A program made the translations under genes and the position numbers. The notes beneath the pieces are model-generated. The model was not told the DNA's origin. It did not search any database and was given only the letters and a program-made list of their open reading frames with translations. From contig MTND01000026.1 of NCBI GenBank assembly GCA_002010305.1, positions 78,236 through 142,235 of the forward strand: a DNA stretch of 64,000 bases, given 5' to 3'. This document shows, one piece after another, positions 40,732-49,912 of the stretch (its first letter is position 1; each line of letters begins with the position of its first letter). The stretch comes from Archaeoglobi archaeon JdFR-42. Lineage in GTDB: Archaea > Halobacteriota > Archaeoglobi > Archaeoglobales > JdFR-42.

Positions 40732-41080
40732 GATAACCAACAGAGATAACGCCCTGTTTGAAGCAGGGATTAAACTGGGAGCTGTATACCATCAGTTTAT
40801 AGGTATGCCAATAAGAGTTGAATTCATAGAAGAGGCTGAGAAGATCATAGCAAAAAGTATTGCCTCACAGCCTTATGTAATAGACGTCAATGTAGATATA
40901 GATCCAGAGAAGGTTAAAAAGAACTACTCAGACTTCGGTTATGCCGAGTTGAAGGGTGAGTACTTGTCTGTCACTGTGGTTGTGGAATACGGTGGAGTGA
41001 GAGTTACAGCAGGGATGGACTACGACGAAGAAAAGGAATATCCTCTGATGAGGATTGAAAAAATAGAGTCACAAGAGTGA
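40721..41080 (+). CDS. Small conserved archaeal protein, possibly MptD-type dihydroneopterin aldolase (COG2098-like)
   Basis: 119 aa. 'LFEAGIKLGAVYHQFIGMPI' resembles the motif I recall for the archaeal DHNA/MptD family. It overlaps the pssA end by 11 nt. Confidence 0.45.
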   Translation: MKDEITNRDNALFEAGIKLGAVYHQFIGMPIRVEFIEEAEKIIAKSIASQPYVIDVNVDIDPEKVKKNYSDFGYAELKGEYLSVTVVVEYGGVRVTAGMDYDEEKEYPLMRIEKIESQE

Positions 41081-41088
41081 ACTCGGAC

Positions 41089-42090
41089 TCATGGGAACAT
41101 GGGCAGGTGTTCCAGACCTCGCTGTTCAGGCAAACCAAGCATCAAATTCATATTCTGGATGGCTTGACCAGAGGCTCCTTTGACAAGATTATCTATGGCA
41201 GAGATGATGACAAATTGTTCTCCTTCTCCAAAAATCCCTATATCACAGAAATTCGATCCTCTTACTCTAGCAACAGATGGAGAGGACACGAACCTGACAA
41301 AAAAACAGTCATTGTAAAATTCTTCGTAAACTTCCTTAACTTCTTTGGAAGTAAGAGGGCCCTTCAAATATATATGAGCTGTTGTTAAAATTCCGCGATT
41401 AACAGGTATCAGATGAGGGGTAAAGGAGATCCGGAAATCCCCTCCAAGCTTCCATAGCTCCTGTTTTATTTCAGGGGTATGCCTGTGATCTACTACTCTG
41501 TAAGGAACAATGTTATCGCTTATATGCGGAAAATGCGTAAACTCTGTGGGAATTGCTCCTGCTCCTGTTACACCTGACTTGGAATCAAACACAACCATAT
41601 CTATCAGTTTTTCCTTTGCCAAGGGAGCAGCAGCGAGAATAGCTCCGGTAGGATAACAACCTGGATTAGCAATGAGATTGGCTATAGATAAATCCCTATA
41701 CAGTTCCGGAATTCCATATACCGCTTCCCGATATCCCTTATGGGTAATCCCATACGTTGCCTCGTACACATCCTTTTCCAGACGATAATCAGCACTCAGG
41801 TCTATTACCCTCAAACCCATATCCAGCAGATCAGGAATAAATTCCATGGATGTTCCGTGGGGTAAAGCAGAAAACACTACATCACAATCCTTAAATTTCT
41901 CGACAGAGACATTGGTAAACTCCAAGGTATAGGCGCCTTTTAAGTGGAGGTGAAAATCTCCTATACTGGTCCCTGCTGCTTTCCTAGAGGTAACCACTCG
42001 TACCCCAACATCTGGATGGGATTTCAACAATCTCAACAGTTCACTCCCAGTATATCCACTTCCACCTAAAATGCCTACATCCAGCTTCAT
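41089..42090 (-). CDS. argC: N-acetyl-gamma-glutamyl-phosphate reductase (ArgC/LysY family)
   Basis: 'GGSGYTGSELLRLL' and the active-site 'NPGCYPT' are present. I chose the start at 'MKLDVGILG' (42090). Confidence 0.9.
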   Translation of the reverse strand: MKLDVGILGGSGYTGSELLRLLKSHPDVGVRVVTSRKAAGTSIGDFHLHLKGAYTLEFTNVSVEKFKDCDVVFSALPHGTSMEFIPDLLDMGLRVIDLSADYRLEKDVYEATYGITHKGYREAVYGIPELYRDLSIANLIANPGCYPTGAILAAAPLAKEKLIDMVVFDSKSGVTGAGAIPTEFTHFPHISDNIVPYRVVDHRHTPEIKQELWKLGGDFRISFTPHLIPVNRGILTTAHIYLKGPLTSKEVKEVYEEFYNDCFFVRFVSSPSVARVRGSNFCDIGIFGEGEQFVIISAIDNLVKGASGQAIQNMNLMLGLPEQRGLEHLPMFP

Positions 42091-42250
42091 ATGAGAGCCC
42101 ACCTCTTTCACCAGTTTCTCCATATTATATGTAAATTTACATTTAGTACTCTTTTTTCCAGTATTTTTCCCTGTAGTCCAGTTGAAACAGGTAAATTTCT
42201 TTTGAAATCCGATAAAAAATTTTTTATTTCATCCCATATAGCTATTATCA

Positions 42251-43639
42251 ATGGAAGACCTTATCAAGAGAGCCAGACAGTGTGCCAGTGAAATAAAAAA
42301 ATACGATGATATTCTAATAGTATCCCATATTGATGCCGACGGATTAACTTCAGCCGCTATAGCCCATATTTCCCTTGAGAGGGCTGGAATATCTTCAAAA
42401 GTGTGTTTTGTAAAACAGCTTGACAAGACATATTTGAATAAAATTGAAGAAGAGTCCTATGACCTTGTTTTGTTTACTGATCTTGGAAGCGGTATGCAAG
42501 ATGAAATACTTGGACGGGATTTAAACGCTGTCATCGTGGATCATCACGTTCCGAGGGGAGATAATATCAGGTTTCATCTCAATCCTCACCTTGTGGGATT
42601 CGATGGATCCGATCAGTTAAGTGGTTCCTCCACCACATACCTTCTATCCACCCAGCTTGGTATGAATTACGATCTGGTAAACCTAGCAGTTGTGGGGGCT
42701 GTTGGAGACCTCCAGGATTCAAAAAAAGGGAGACTGGTTGGTTTAAACCGGGAAATAATGCTGGAAGGAGTCAGGAATGGGTTTATTGACAACCAGATAG
42801 ACCTCCGGATGTTTGGGAAACAAACCAGACCGGTTTACAGAATGTTACAGTATTCCTCGGATCCCATTATCCCAGGTATTACAGGAAGAGAAGAAGGATG
42901 TATAGAATTTCTCCGTAACCTGGGTATTCCATTAAAAGAAGGAGAGAAGTGGCGCCGTTGGATTGACCTTGATTTTTCAGAAAAGCGAAAAATTGTCTCG
43001 GAGCTGGTTAAACTTGCAATAGAATCAGGTATAAACGCTTCACTGATTAACAGACTTGTGGGAGAGGTCTATATCCTTTTATCTGAGCCTGAAGGAACTG
43101 AACTGAGAGACGCTATGGAATTTTCTACCCTCTTGAACGCTACAGCTAGATACGGTTATGAAGAGGTGGGTTTGAAAATATGTATAGGAGATAGGGACAG
43201 ATCCCTCTCCACAGCTCGACGATTGCTAGCGGAACACAGAAAAAATCTGGCTGATGGGCTCAATCTTGTGAAAGAGAATGGAATTGAAGAAATGGAGAAC
43301 CTTCAGTATTTTCATGCTGGTAAGAAAATCAGAGAGACCATTGTAGGAATAGTGGCAGGCATGTCAATACCTTTGACCAACACTGAGAAGCCCATAATTG
43401 CCTTTGCCAAGAAAGACGAGGGTATTAAAGTATCTGCCAGAGCCACCCAAAATTTGGTACGTAAAGGGATAAACCTAGCAGAAGCTATTAATAGGGCGGC
43501 AAAAGAAGTTGGAGGGGTCGGGGGAGGACACAATATCGCTGCTGGAGCGACGATTCCTGATGGTAAAGAGGAGGAATTCCTCCAAAGACTCAATAGAATT
43601 CTTGAAAAACAATTGAAAAGTAAGGGAGCGAGATTATGA
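42251..43639 (+). CDS. Archaeal RecJ-like DHH/DHHA1 phosphoesterase (GAN/Cdc45-RecJ family)
   Basis: 462 aa with 'SHIDADG', 'TDLG', 'VDHH' and the DHHA1 motif 'GGGHNIAAGA'. Confidence 0.88.
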   Translation: MEDLIKRARQCASEIKKYDDILIVSHIDADGLTSAAIAHISLERAGISSKVCFVKQLDKTYLNKIEEESYDLVLFTDLGSGMQDEILGRDLNAVIVDHHVPRGDNIRFHLNPHLVGFDGSDQLSGSSTTYLLSTQLGMNYDLVNLAVVGAVGDLQDSKKGRLVGLNREIMLEGVRNGFIDNQIDLRMFGKQTRPVYRMLQYSSDPIIPGITGREEGCIEFLRNLGIPLKEGEKWRRWIDLDFSEKRKIVSELVKLAIESGINASLINRLVGEVYILLSEPEGTELRDAMEFSTLLNATARYGYEEVGLKICIGDRDRSLSTARRLLAEHRKNLADGLNLVKENGIEEMENLQYFHAGKKIRETIVGIVAGMSIPLTNTEKPIIAFAKKDEGIKVSARATQNLVRKGINLAEAINRAAKEVGGVGGGHNIAAGATIPDGKEEEFLQRLNRILEKQLKSKGARL

Positions 43640-44592
43640 AGGAGAAATTGCTCAAAATATTTGAGGAGATCTTCAGGACTTATGGGTACAGGATTACAAG
43701 AGATACTTTTTTCGATCTGATTGCTGAAAGAGAAGAGACGATCTTCATAAGATATATGAGAGGGGATGAAAAGCCAGAAGAGATAAATCGGAATGGAAGA
43801 ATCATAATGATGTCTCTTTCCAGAATAGAGGATTCAATAATCCAGAAATTCAACAGACATGGGATCGAGATATGGGATCGAGATCGTATAATGTATGAAA
43901 TTGGCAAAGCTGTAGTTCAGGATCTTGAAGGAGTGAGTGAGGTCAGTCCATCATACGGTATTTCAAATTACAGTATTTCAGAGGTGACCGACTACATGGA
44001 TGCAGAAAAGTCTGATGAGAGATTCTCTCGAGAAGTGATATTCCTCAAAACATTCCCTGTCAGGGTGTCACGGGAAGAGGTAGAAGCTAAATCCCGAAGC
44101 GAAGTTGGAAGAGTTGATAGAGTCATCCTCAAGTTGGTTCCTCACTGGAAGTATTCTTTCACTATCAGCCATACGAGGAAAATTGGAGACAGGAGCGTCG
44201 AAATAAATGAAGAGGGTAATGGGTTCTTCAATGCAGTTAATGGAGTGGAAGAAAAGGATATCCACGGTTCTCTAATCGACAGTCTGGAAGTAGAGGGAGA
44301 TTATTCCATAGAACCCCCGAAAATACCAAAAGATAAGGCTGAAGAGATGATTGTAGATCTAATACTGAAACGATATACAAAAAAATTGAAAATTAAAAAA
44401 CTTACGGGAGATTCCTACATCGTTGAGACCATAGTGGTTAAACCCTCCAGAAAAGATCTTACACTGGAGCTAGATATGATCTATCTTCCAGTCTGGGAAG
44501 TCAGCGGACAGAGGGGTGTTGCCTTCTATAACGCAACCAGTGGGACACTGTTAGAAATTCCTGTCGATGATGATGTCGAAATAATTCAGTAA
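43636..44592 (+). CDS. Hypothetical protein translationally coupled to the RecJ-like gene
   Basis: 318 aa. It overlaps the recJ-like stop as ATGA. No family was recognised. Confidence 0.6.
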   Translation: MKEKLLKIFEEIFRTYGYRITRDTFFDLIAEREETIFIRYMRGDEKPEEINRNGRIIMMSLSRIEDSIIQKFNRHGIEIWDRDRIMYEIGKAVVQDLEGVSEVSPSYGISNYSISEVTDYMDAEKSDERFSREVIFLKTFPVRVSREEVEAKSRSEVGRVDRVILKLVPHWKYSFTISHTRKIGDRSVEINEEGNGFFNAVNGVEEKDIHGSLIDSLEVEGDYSIEPPKIPKDKAEEMIVDLILKRYTKKLKIKKLTGDSYIVETIVVKPSRKDLTLELDMIYLPVWEVSGQRGVAFYNATSGTLLEIPVDDDVEIIQ

Positions 44593-44677
44593 TTATACAA
44601 ATTTTCTTGGATACTTTACCATATTTCTACCATCGTGTTTGTATGACCAAAGCAAAAAATTTAAATTTTTAAAACGT

Positions 44678-44687
44678 AATACGTATT
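44678..44687. promoter_or_regulatory. Perfect 10-bp palindrome between a TATA-like tract and the gdhA start
   Basis: 'AATACGTATT' lies downstream of 'AAAAAATTTAAATTTTTAAAA' and 15 nt upstream of the ATG. Confidence 0.2.
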
Positions 44688-44701
44688 GCAGGTGATGTAA
44701 C

Positions 44702-45952
44702 ATGAATGAGGACCCTCTTCAAATTGCCCATTTACAGCTGGAAGAAGCGGCAGAAATGATGGACCTGGATGATGGATTACTGGACTATCTTAAAACTCCT
44801 GACAGAGTGATGCAGGTAAAGGTGCCCATACGCATGGATGATGGTTCTATAAAGGTTTTTACAGGATACCGTTCACAGCATTGTGGTGTTAGAGGCCCAT
44901 ACAAGGGAGGTATCAGATACCATCCAGATGTTACCATGGAAGAAGTGATTGCCCTTTCCATGTGGATGACTTGGAAGTGTGCGGTTGTAGACATACCATA
45001 CGGAGGTGGAAAAGGTGGTGTGGCCTGCAATCCAAAAGAGATGAGCAGTGGAGAACTTGAAAGACTTACACGCCGATATACTTCTGCAATTCTCCCCCTC
45101 ATCAGTCCAGACAGAGATATTCCCGCCCCTGATGTATATACAAACCCTCAGATAATGGCATGGATTATGGATACCTACAGCATCTTTCAAGGATATTCAG
45201 TCCCCGGGATTGTAACGGGAAAACCTGTAGAACTTGGTGGTTCTAAAGGGAGAATATCATCAACAGGCAGAGGAGTTGCAATAACAGCTAGAGAAGCTGC
45301 TAAAAAAATTGGTGTTCGACTAAACAATGCCCGAGTCGTAATTCAGGGTTTTGGGAACGTTGGATATTATGCAGCAAAGATCCTGAGCGAATGGGGTGCT
45401 AAAATCATAGCGGTAAGTGATTCAAGGGGTGGAATCTATCGAGCAGAGGGATTGACCGTGGACAAAGTTCTGGAGCACAAAGTAAAGACGGGCTCTGTTG
45501 TTGGTTTTAACGGAACTAAGGAAATTAGCAACGAAGAGCTGCTTGAATTAGAATGTGAGGTGTTGATTCCTGCTGCTCTAGAGAATGTTATAACAAAAAA
45601 GAATGCTGACAATATCAATGCACGAATAGTTGCTGAAGGTGCTAACGGACCTACCACTCCAGATGCAGACAGAATTCTGGACGATAAATGTGAACTGGTG
45701 TTACCTGATATCCTAGCCAACTCTGGCGGTGTCGTCGTCAGTTATTTCGAATGGGTTCAGGACTTAAACAGATATTTCTGGGATGAAGAAAGAGTAAATC
45801 AGGAATTGGAGAGAATTATGGTGAAAAGTTTCAATGAGGTACTTGAAGTTAAACGTGAACTAGGAAAAGAGGCCACATGGAGAGCAGCTACCATGACACT
45901 GGCCCTCAAACGTGTTGTTGAGGCCTTTGAGCTCAGAGGTCTGTGGCCTTAA
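44702..45952 (+). CDS. gdhA: Glutamate dehydrogenase
   Basis: 416 aa with 'RGPYKGGIRYHP', 'IPYGGGKGGV', 'GGSKGR..STGRGV' and 'GFGNVG'. Confidence 0.95.
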   Translation: MNEDPLQIAHLQLEEAAEMMDLDDGLLDYLKTPDRVMQVKVPIRMDDGSIKVFTGYRSQHCGVRGPYKGGIRYHPDVTMEEVIALSMWMTWKCAVVDIPYGGGKGGVACNPKEMSSGELERLTRRYTSAILPLISPDRDIPAPDVYTNPQIMAWIMDTYSIFQGYSVPGIVTGKPVELGGSKGRISSTGRGVAITAREAAKKIGVRLNNARVVIQGFGNVGYYAAKILSEWGAKIIAVSDSRGGIYRAEGLTVDKVLEHKVKTGSVVGFNGTKEISNEELLELECEVLIPAALENVITKKNADNINARIVAEGANGPTTPDADRILDDKCELVLPDILANSGGVVVSYFEWVQDLNRYFWDEERVNQELERIMVKSFNEVLEVKRELGKEATWRAATMTLALKRVVEAFELRGLWP

Positions 45953-45965
45953 TCCCTCTATAATA

Positions 45966-45982
45966 TTTTTTCTTATATTTTT
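45966..45982 (+). terminator. Oligo-T tracts after gdhA
   Basis: 'TTTTTTCTTATATTTTT' lies 14 nt after the stop. Confidence 0.4.
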
Positions 45983-46026
45983 GAATCAATTATTTTATCT
46001 AGCATCTATGGATAACTCAAAAATAA

Positions 46027-46098
46027 TGGACCTGACGGGATTCGAACCCGTGGCCTCTGCCTTGCGAAGGCAGCGCTCTACCCCTGAGCTACAGGCCC
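46027..46098 (-). tRNA. tRNA-Ala (anticodon CGC)
   Basis: The reverse complement folds as a cloverleaf. The acceptor stem GGGCCTG/CAGGTCC carries the G3:U70 alanine identity pair, the anticodon loop is TTCGCAA, and the T arm contains GGTTCGAATCC. Confidence 0.95.
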
Positions 46099-46345
46099 TT
46101 TAATTCCTTAGCTGCTATTCCAATAGAGTACTAGAACCTACTTTTCCAAGAGATGGTTTAATTCAGGTGAGAAATCAACATATATTTAAATTTTGGTAAT
46201 AACTCTTTTTTCTTCCATTCAGTATACGATAGGCTTCTCTACACAATTCTATCAAGATGAAATTCTTTAATGTATAAAATTTAACGCAAAATGCAACATG
46301 TAAAAGAAAGAAAATAAAAATTGAAAATAATTTAAAGAATACGCT

Positions 46346-46633
46346 CTATTGTTCTTTTTCTTTGATTACAAATCCTTCACCAAACTCAGTAGTAATGTAG
46401 TCAATTTCCATTCCATTAAGTTCCTCATTGAGATCTTTTTCACAAATTACCTTGACACCAAAGTTTTCTTCAACAACATCGCCTTCTTTTTCAACTTCTT
46501 CGAGATCAAGGCCAAACTGAACTCCACCACAGCCTACATCAGCAACATAAACCCTCAGATACCAATCTGATTTATTTTCTTCTTCCATAACTTCTTTGAT
46601 CAGGCCAGCGGCCTTTTCTGTAATGTATACCAT
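46346..46633 (-). CDS. HesB/IscA-fold protein lacking the C-terminal Cys pair
   Basis: 95 aa with 'ITEKAAGLIKEVM' and 'LRVYVADVGCGGVQFGL'. It ends 'EFGEGFVIKEKEQ' where a CGCG motif would be expected. Confidence 0.65.
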   Translation of the reverse strand: MVYITEKAAGLIKEVMEEENKSDWYLRVYVADVGCGGVQFGLDLEEVEKEGDVVEENFGVKVICEKDLNEELNGMEIDYITTEFGEGFVIKEKEQ

Positions 46634-46734
46634 TTCTACACCTCATTTTTTCGGACTCTTTGTCTCACAATATATATATGTATTGGTCATATCATCAAAA
46701 AATTATTAATAAAATGATTGTATTAATTTGGCAT

Positions 46735-47532
46735 ATGAGCAATATTCACGAAGAGATTTTGCACCTAATGACATGCTCTAAAAGACGTCTTGAGATTTTG
46801 AAAAAGCTATTGGAAGGAAGAAAAGTTCAAAAAGAACTCAGTGATGAACTTCAAACAAGACCTGCAAATCTTGCGTTTCAGATCAAACTACTGGAAAACA
46901 GCGGGATTGTCAAAAGGAGTGGGAGGACAATCCAGTTAACTGACACTGGGCTATTGCTTGTCAAATCCCTTGAAAAGTTTGCCATGAATATAGAAACCAT
47001 AATGAAATTTGAGAATCTATGGAAAGGTCATATAACTGAATGCATCCCAGAAGAATTTGTTATTAGACTATATCAGCTCAACAATGGGTCTGTGGTAGAG
47101 GCTTCTCCAGAGGATCTTGAAAAAGCTCATAGGGCATATCTGGATCTGGTTTCTAAATCTAGAAACCTTATGGGAGTATCACCTATTTTCCATCCAGAAT
47201 ATGTTGACGTTTTTCTGGAGGTAGCAAGCAAGGGGGCTTCAATTTCTCTGGTGTTCACAAAACAGGTTGTGAAGAAACTACTGGACGAATACATGGAAGC
47301 GCTGAAAGAGGCTGAAAAATACGATTTAAAACTGTTTGTTTATGGGGATGAAATAAAGGTTGCTTTTACAGTTTCAGAGAGATTTCTATCCTTTGGTCTT
47401 TTTACAAGGGATGGTGAATATGATTTCTTCAGGGATCTGATTTCTATGTCTCCTGAAGCGATACAATGGGGTATGGACCTTTTCCATTATTATGCCAGGC
47501 GATCTGAAGTTTTGGATGTGTCGCTAATTTGA
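46735..47532 (+). CDS. Winged-helix (ArsR-like) transcriptional regulator with a DUF1724-type C-terminal domain
   Basis: The wHTH is 'RRLEILKKLLEGRKVQKELSDELQTRPANLAFQIKLLENSGIVK', followed by a C-terminal domain of about 170 aa. I chose the ATG at 46735. Confidence 0.72.
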   Translation: MSNIHEEILHLMTCSKRRLEILKKLLEGRKVQKELSDELQTRPANLAFQIKLLENSGIVKRSGRTIQLTDTGLLLVKSLEKFAMNIETIMKFENLWKGHITECIPEEFVIRLYQLNNGSVVEASPEDLEKAHRAYLDLVSKSRNLMGVSPIFHPEYVDVFLEVASKGASISLVFTKQVVKKLLDEYMEALKEAEKYDLKLFVYGDEIKVAFTVSERFLSFGLFTRDGEYDFFRDLISMSPEAIQWGMDLFHYYARRSEVLDVSLI

Positions 47533-47643
47533 ATCTTTTTCAACTTTTTTGAATCATTTTCAAAATAAATAATTAGGAAATTATTTATCCTTGAAAAACA
47601 CATCGGATAGTTGTGGTCAAACTTATTTGGTGATGGGGGGTAC

Positions 47644-48402
47644 ATGCCATATGGAGGGAGATGGCTTAAGATATTGCTCCCTATCATCTCCCTCTCTTTA
47701 ATTCTAATGGGTTACATGGGGCCGGTCTTCCTGCAACCCCCCACATCCCTCCAACAAAATGATTATCTGGAGGGGTTTTGGCTTGAAAATGGAGCCCTGA
47801 CTATGTCTTTTACCGATGGACGCTATCAGTCTGTTCAGAAAGTAACAGTATCTTTTTTTGATGCAAAACTCTTTGCACCACCTACATATACTCTTGAAAT
47901 AAATTCCCCCCAGAAAGATGTTGTTCAGTTGCCAGTACCGAAACTTCCTGAAAAAATCTCTCATGTTGCAATAATCATAGACACTGGGGGAGAAGTAGAA
48001 TACCTGACGACAGCAACCTTCAGGACATTTATACCTTCTCTGTTTCTTATATTAGGTTATGCCATGATGGCAATTTCAGCCCTGTTACTGTTGAGTAGAG
48101 TAGGCCAGACATCCAGTCTCTTTGAAGCGAGAACCGCAGAAAGAATATCCATATTGCTGCAGGCCATTGCATTTGGATTCATAATTCCCTTTACTATCAG
48201 CATCACACTCGCTAGAATTCTGGACATCTCCACATTTCTCACTGACCCCAAAATCATGTTTGAAGGTCATGAAGTTTATTTTAGGTCTGGTATTCTTGCA
48301 GGAGTGGTTTCTGGAGTGGCAGGAATGTTTTTAATGGACTTATACCTCACTGCAGTTAGGTGGATTAACAAGATGAATCGAGGGTTCAGGAAAGTTTTTT
48401 AG
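47644..48402 (+). CDS. Hypothetical membrane protein
   Basis: The ORF has an N-terminal TM helix, an extracytoplasmic domain of about 110 aa and 3-4 C-terminal TM helices. I chose the ATG at 47644. Confidence 0.5.
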   Translation: MPYGGRWLKILLPIISLSLILMGYMGPVFLQPPTSLQQNDYLEGFWLENGALTMSFTDGRYQSVQKVTVSFFDAKLFAPPTYTLEINSPQKDVVQLPVPKLPEKISHVAIIIDTGGEVEYLTTATFRTFIPSLFLILGYAMMAISALLLLSRVGQTSSLFEARTAERISILLQAIAFGFIIPFTISITLARILDISTFLTDPKIMFEGHEVYFRSGILAGVVSGVAGMFLMDLYLTAVRWINKMNRGFRKVF

Positions 48403-48450
48403 AGAGTGAGATAGCATAACTTTTTTATTAATCAGAGCTTATTTTCCAAT

Positions 48451-49911
48451 ATGGATCTGATCACCTCTTCTGAAATGAGCGTTGTAGATATCAACTGTGA
48501 ATATTTTGGTCTCTCAAGGTTACAGCTTATGGAGAATGCTGGTCGAGCCCTTGCTTCTGAACTGCTAAAACGATTTCGGAAAGGGAAAGTTATCGTTGTG
48601 GCAGGAAAAGGAAACAATGGGGGCGATGCTTTCGTCATGGCCCGTCATTTGAAGAACTTTGACGTAGAGATATTCATACTTGGAAAAATATCCGACATAA
48701 AAACCAGTGAGGCCAGAAAAAATCTACAGATACTTGTGAATGGCGGATATAAAATTACAGAAATCCGTGATTCAGCTCATATCCCAGAGTTCAGTGGGAA
48801 TATTCTTGTCGATGCCATCCTTGGTACAGGAGTTAAGGGTAGTTTAAAAGACCCAGAAAAAACCGCTGTAGAAAAAATTAATGAAGCAGATATATTTACT
48901 TTATCTGTCGACGTTCCAACTGGTCTTGACCCAGATACCGGAGAGGGAGAACTGGCAGTACAGGCAGACCTTACCGTTACATTCCATAAAGCCAAACCAG
49001 GCCTTATCACTGAAAATGCAAAGAGGTTCGTTGGTGAAATGATTGTTGCCGACATAGGAATACCAAAATCCTTTGAAAAGATGATCGGTGTAGGGGAAGT
49101 AAAAGTATCTTACAAAAGAGATACAGAAGGTCATAAAGGTACCCATGGTAAAATTCTGGTCATAGGAGGGGGGCCTTACACAGGTGCTCCCGTGTTAACT
49201 GGTCTTGCAGCTCTTAGAGGAGGAGTGGATCTGGCTGTTCTTGTCGTACCAGAAAAGATTTCAAAGGTTGTAGCTTCATATTCCCCTGATCTGATTGTTC
49301 GCTCATATCCTGGAGACCATCTGACTCCAGAAGCCCTTCCATATATATACCCATATCTAGAGACCTCTGACGTTGTCGCAATTGGGATGGGACTGGGTCG
49401 AGAGAATGAAACAATAATTGCTGTAAGAGAAATTCTGGAAAAATGTAAAAAAGCTGTCGTAGATGCAGATGCATTAAGGGCTCTTGATTTTCCTCTGGAA
49501 AAAAATATTATTCTTACTCCCCACGAAGGTGAATTTAAGAGGCTTTTCAACCCCATATCCTGGGACACCCTTCAAGAAAAATCCCAAGAGGTTGAAAGAT
49601 GGGCTAAAGAGATAGGAGCTACCATCATTCTGAAAAATCCGATTGATGTAGTTTCCAACGGAAAGATGACAAAAATTAACCTGACTGGAAATGCTGGTAT
49701 GACAGTCGGTGGAACGGGAGACGTGATGGCAGGAGTTGTTTCTGCATTCTTTGCTATGAGTTCAGATACATTTCATGCAGCGTGTGCAGGGGCTTTTATC
49801 ACTGGGCTGGCAGGCGATAAAGCATACGAGAGAATGGGATACAACTTCACGGCAACGGATGTGATCCAGTATATACCTGAGGCCATTAAGGAGAGTCTAT
49901 CCTTCGGTTAA
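48451..49911 (+). CDS. nnr: Bifunctional NAD(P)H-hydrate repair enzyme (epimerase/ADP-dependent dehydratase)
   Basis: 486 aa. It has the YjeF_N motif 'AGKGNNGGDAFV', and its C-terminal carbohydrate-kinase-like domain contains 'GGTGDVMAG'. Confidence 0.9.
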   Translation: MDLITSSEMSVVDINCEYFGLSRLQLMENAGRALASELLKRFRKGKVIVVAGKGNNGGDAFVMARHLKNFDVEIFILGKISDIKTSEARKNLQILVNGGYKITEIRDSAHIPEFSGNILVDAILGTGVKGSLKDPEKTAVEKINEADIFTLSVDVPTGLDPDTGEGELAVQADLTVTFHKAKPGLITENAKRFVGEMIVADIGIPKSFEKMIGVGEVKVSYKRDTEGHKGTHGKILVIGGGPYTGAPVLTGLAALRGGVDLAVLVVPEKISKVVASYSPDLIVRSYPGDHLTPEALPYIYPYLETSDVVAIGMGLGRENETIIAVREILEKCKKAVVDADALRALDFPLEKNIILTPHEGEFKRLFNPISWDTLQEKSQEVERWAKEIGATIILKNPIDVVSNGKMTKINLTGNAGMTVGGTGDVMAGVVSAFFAMSSDTFHAACAGAFITGLAGDKAYERMGYNFTATDVIQYIPEAIKESLSFG

Positions 49912-49912
49912 G

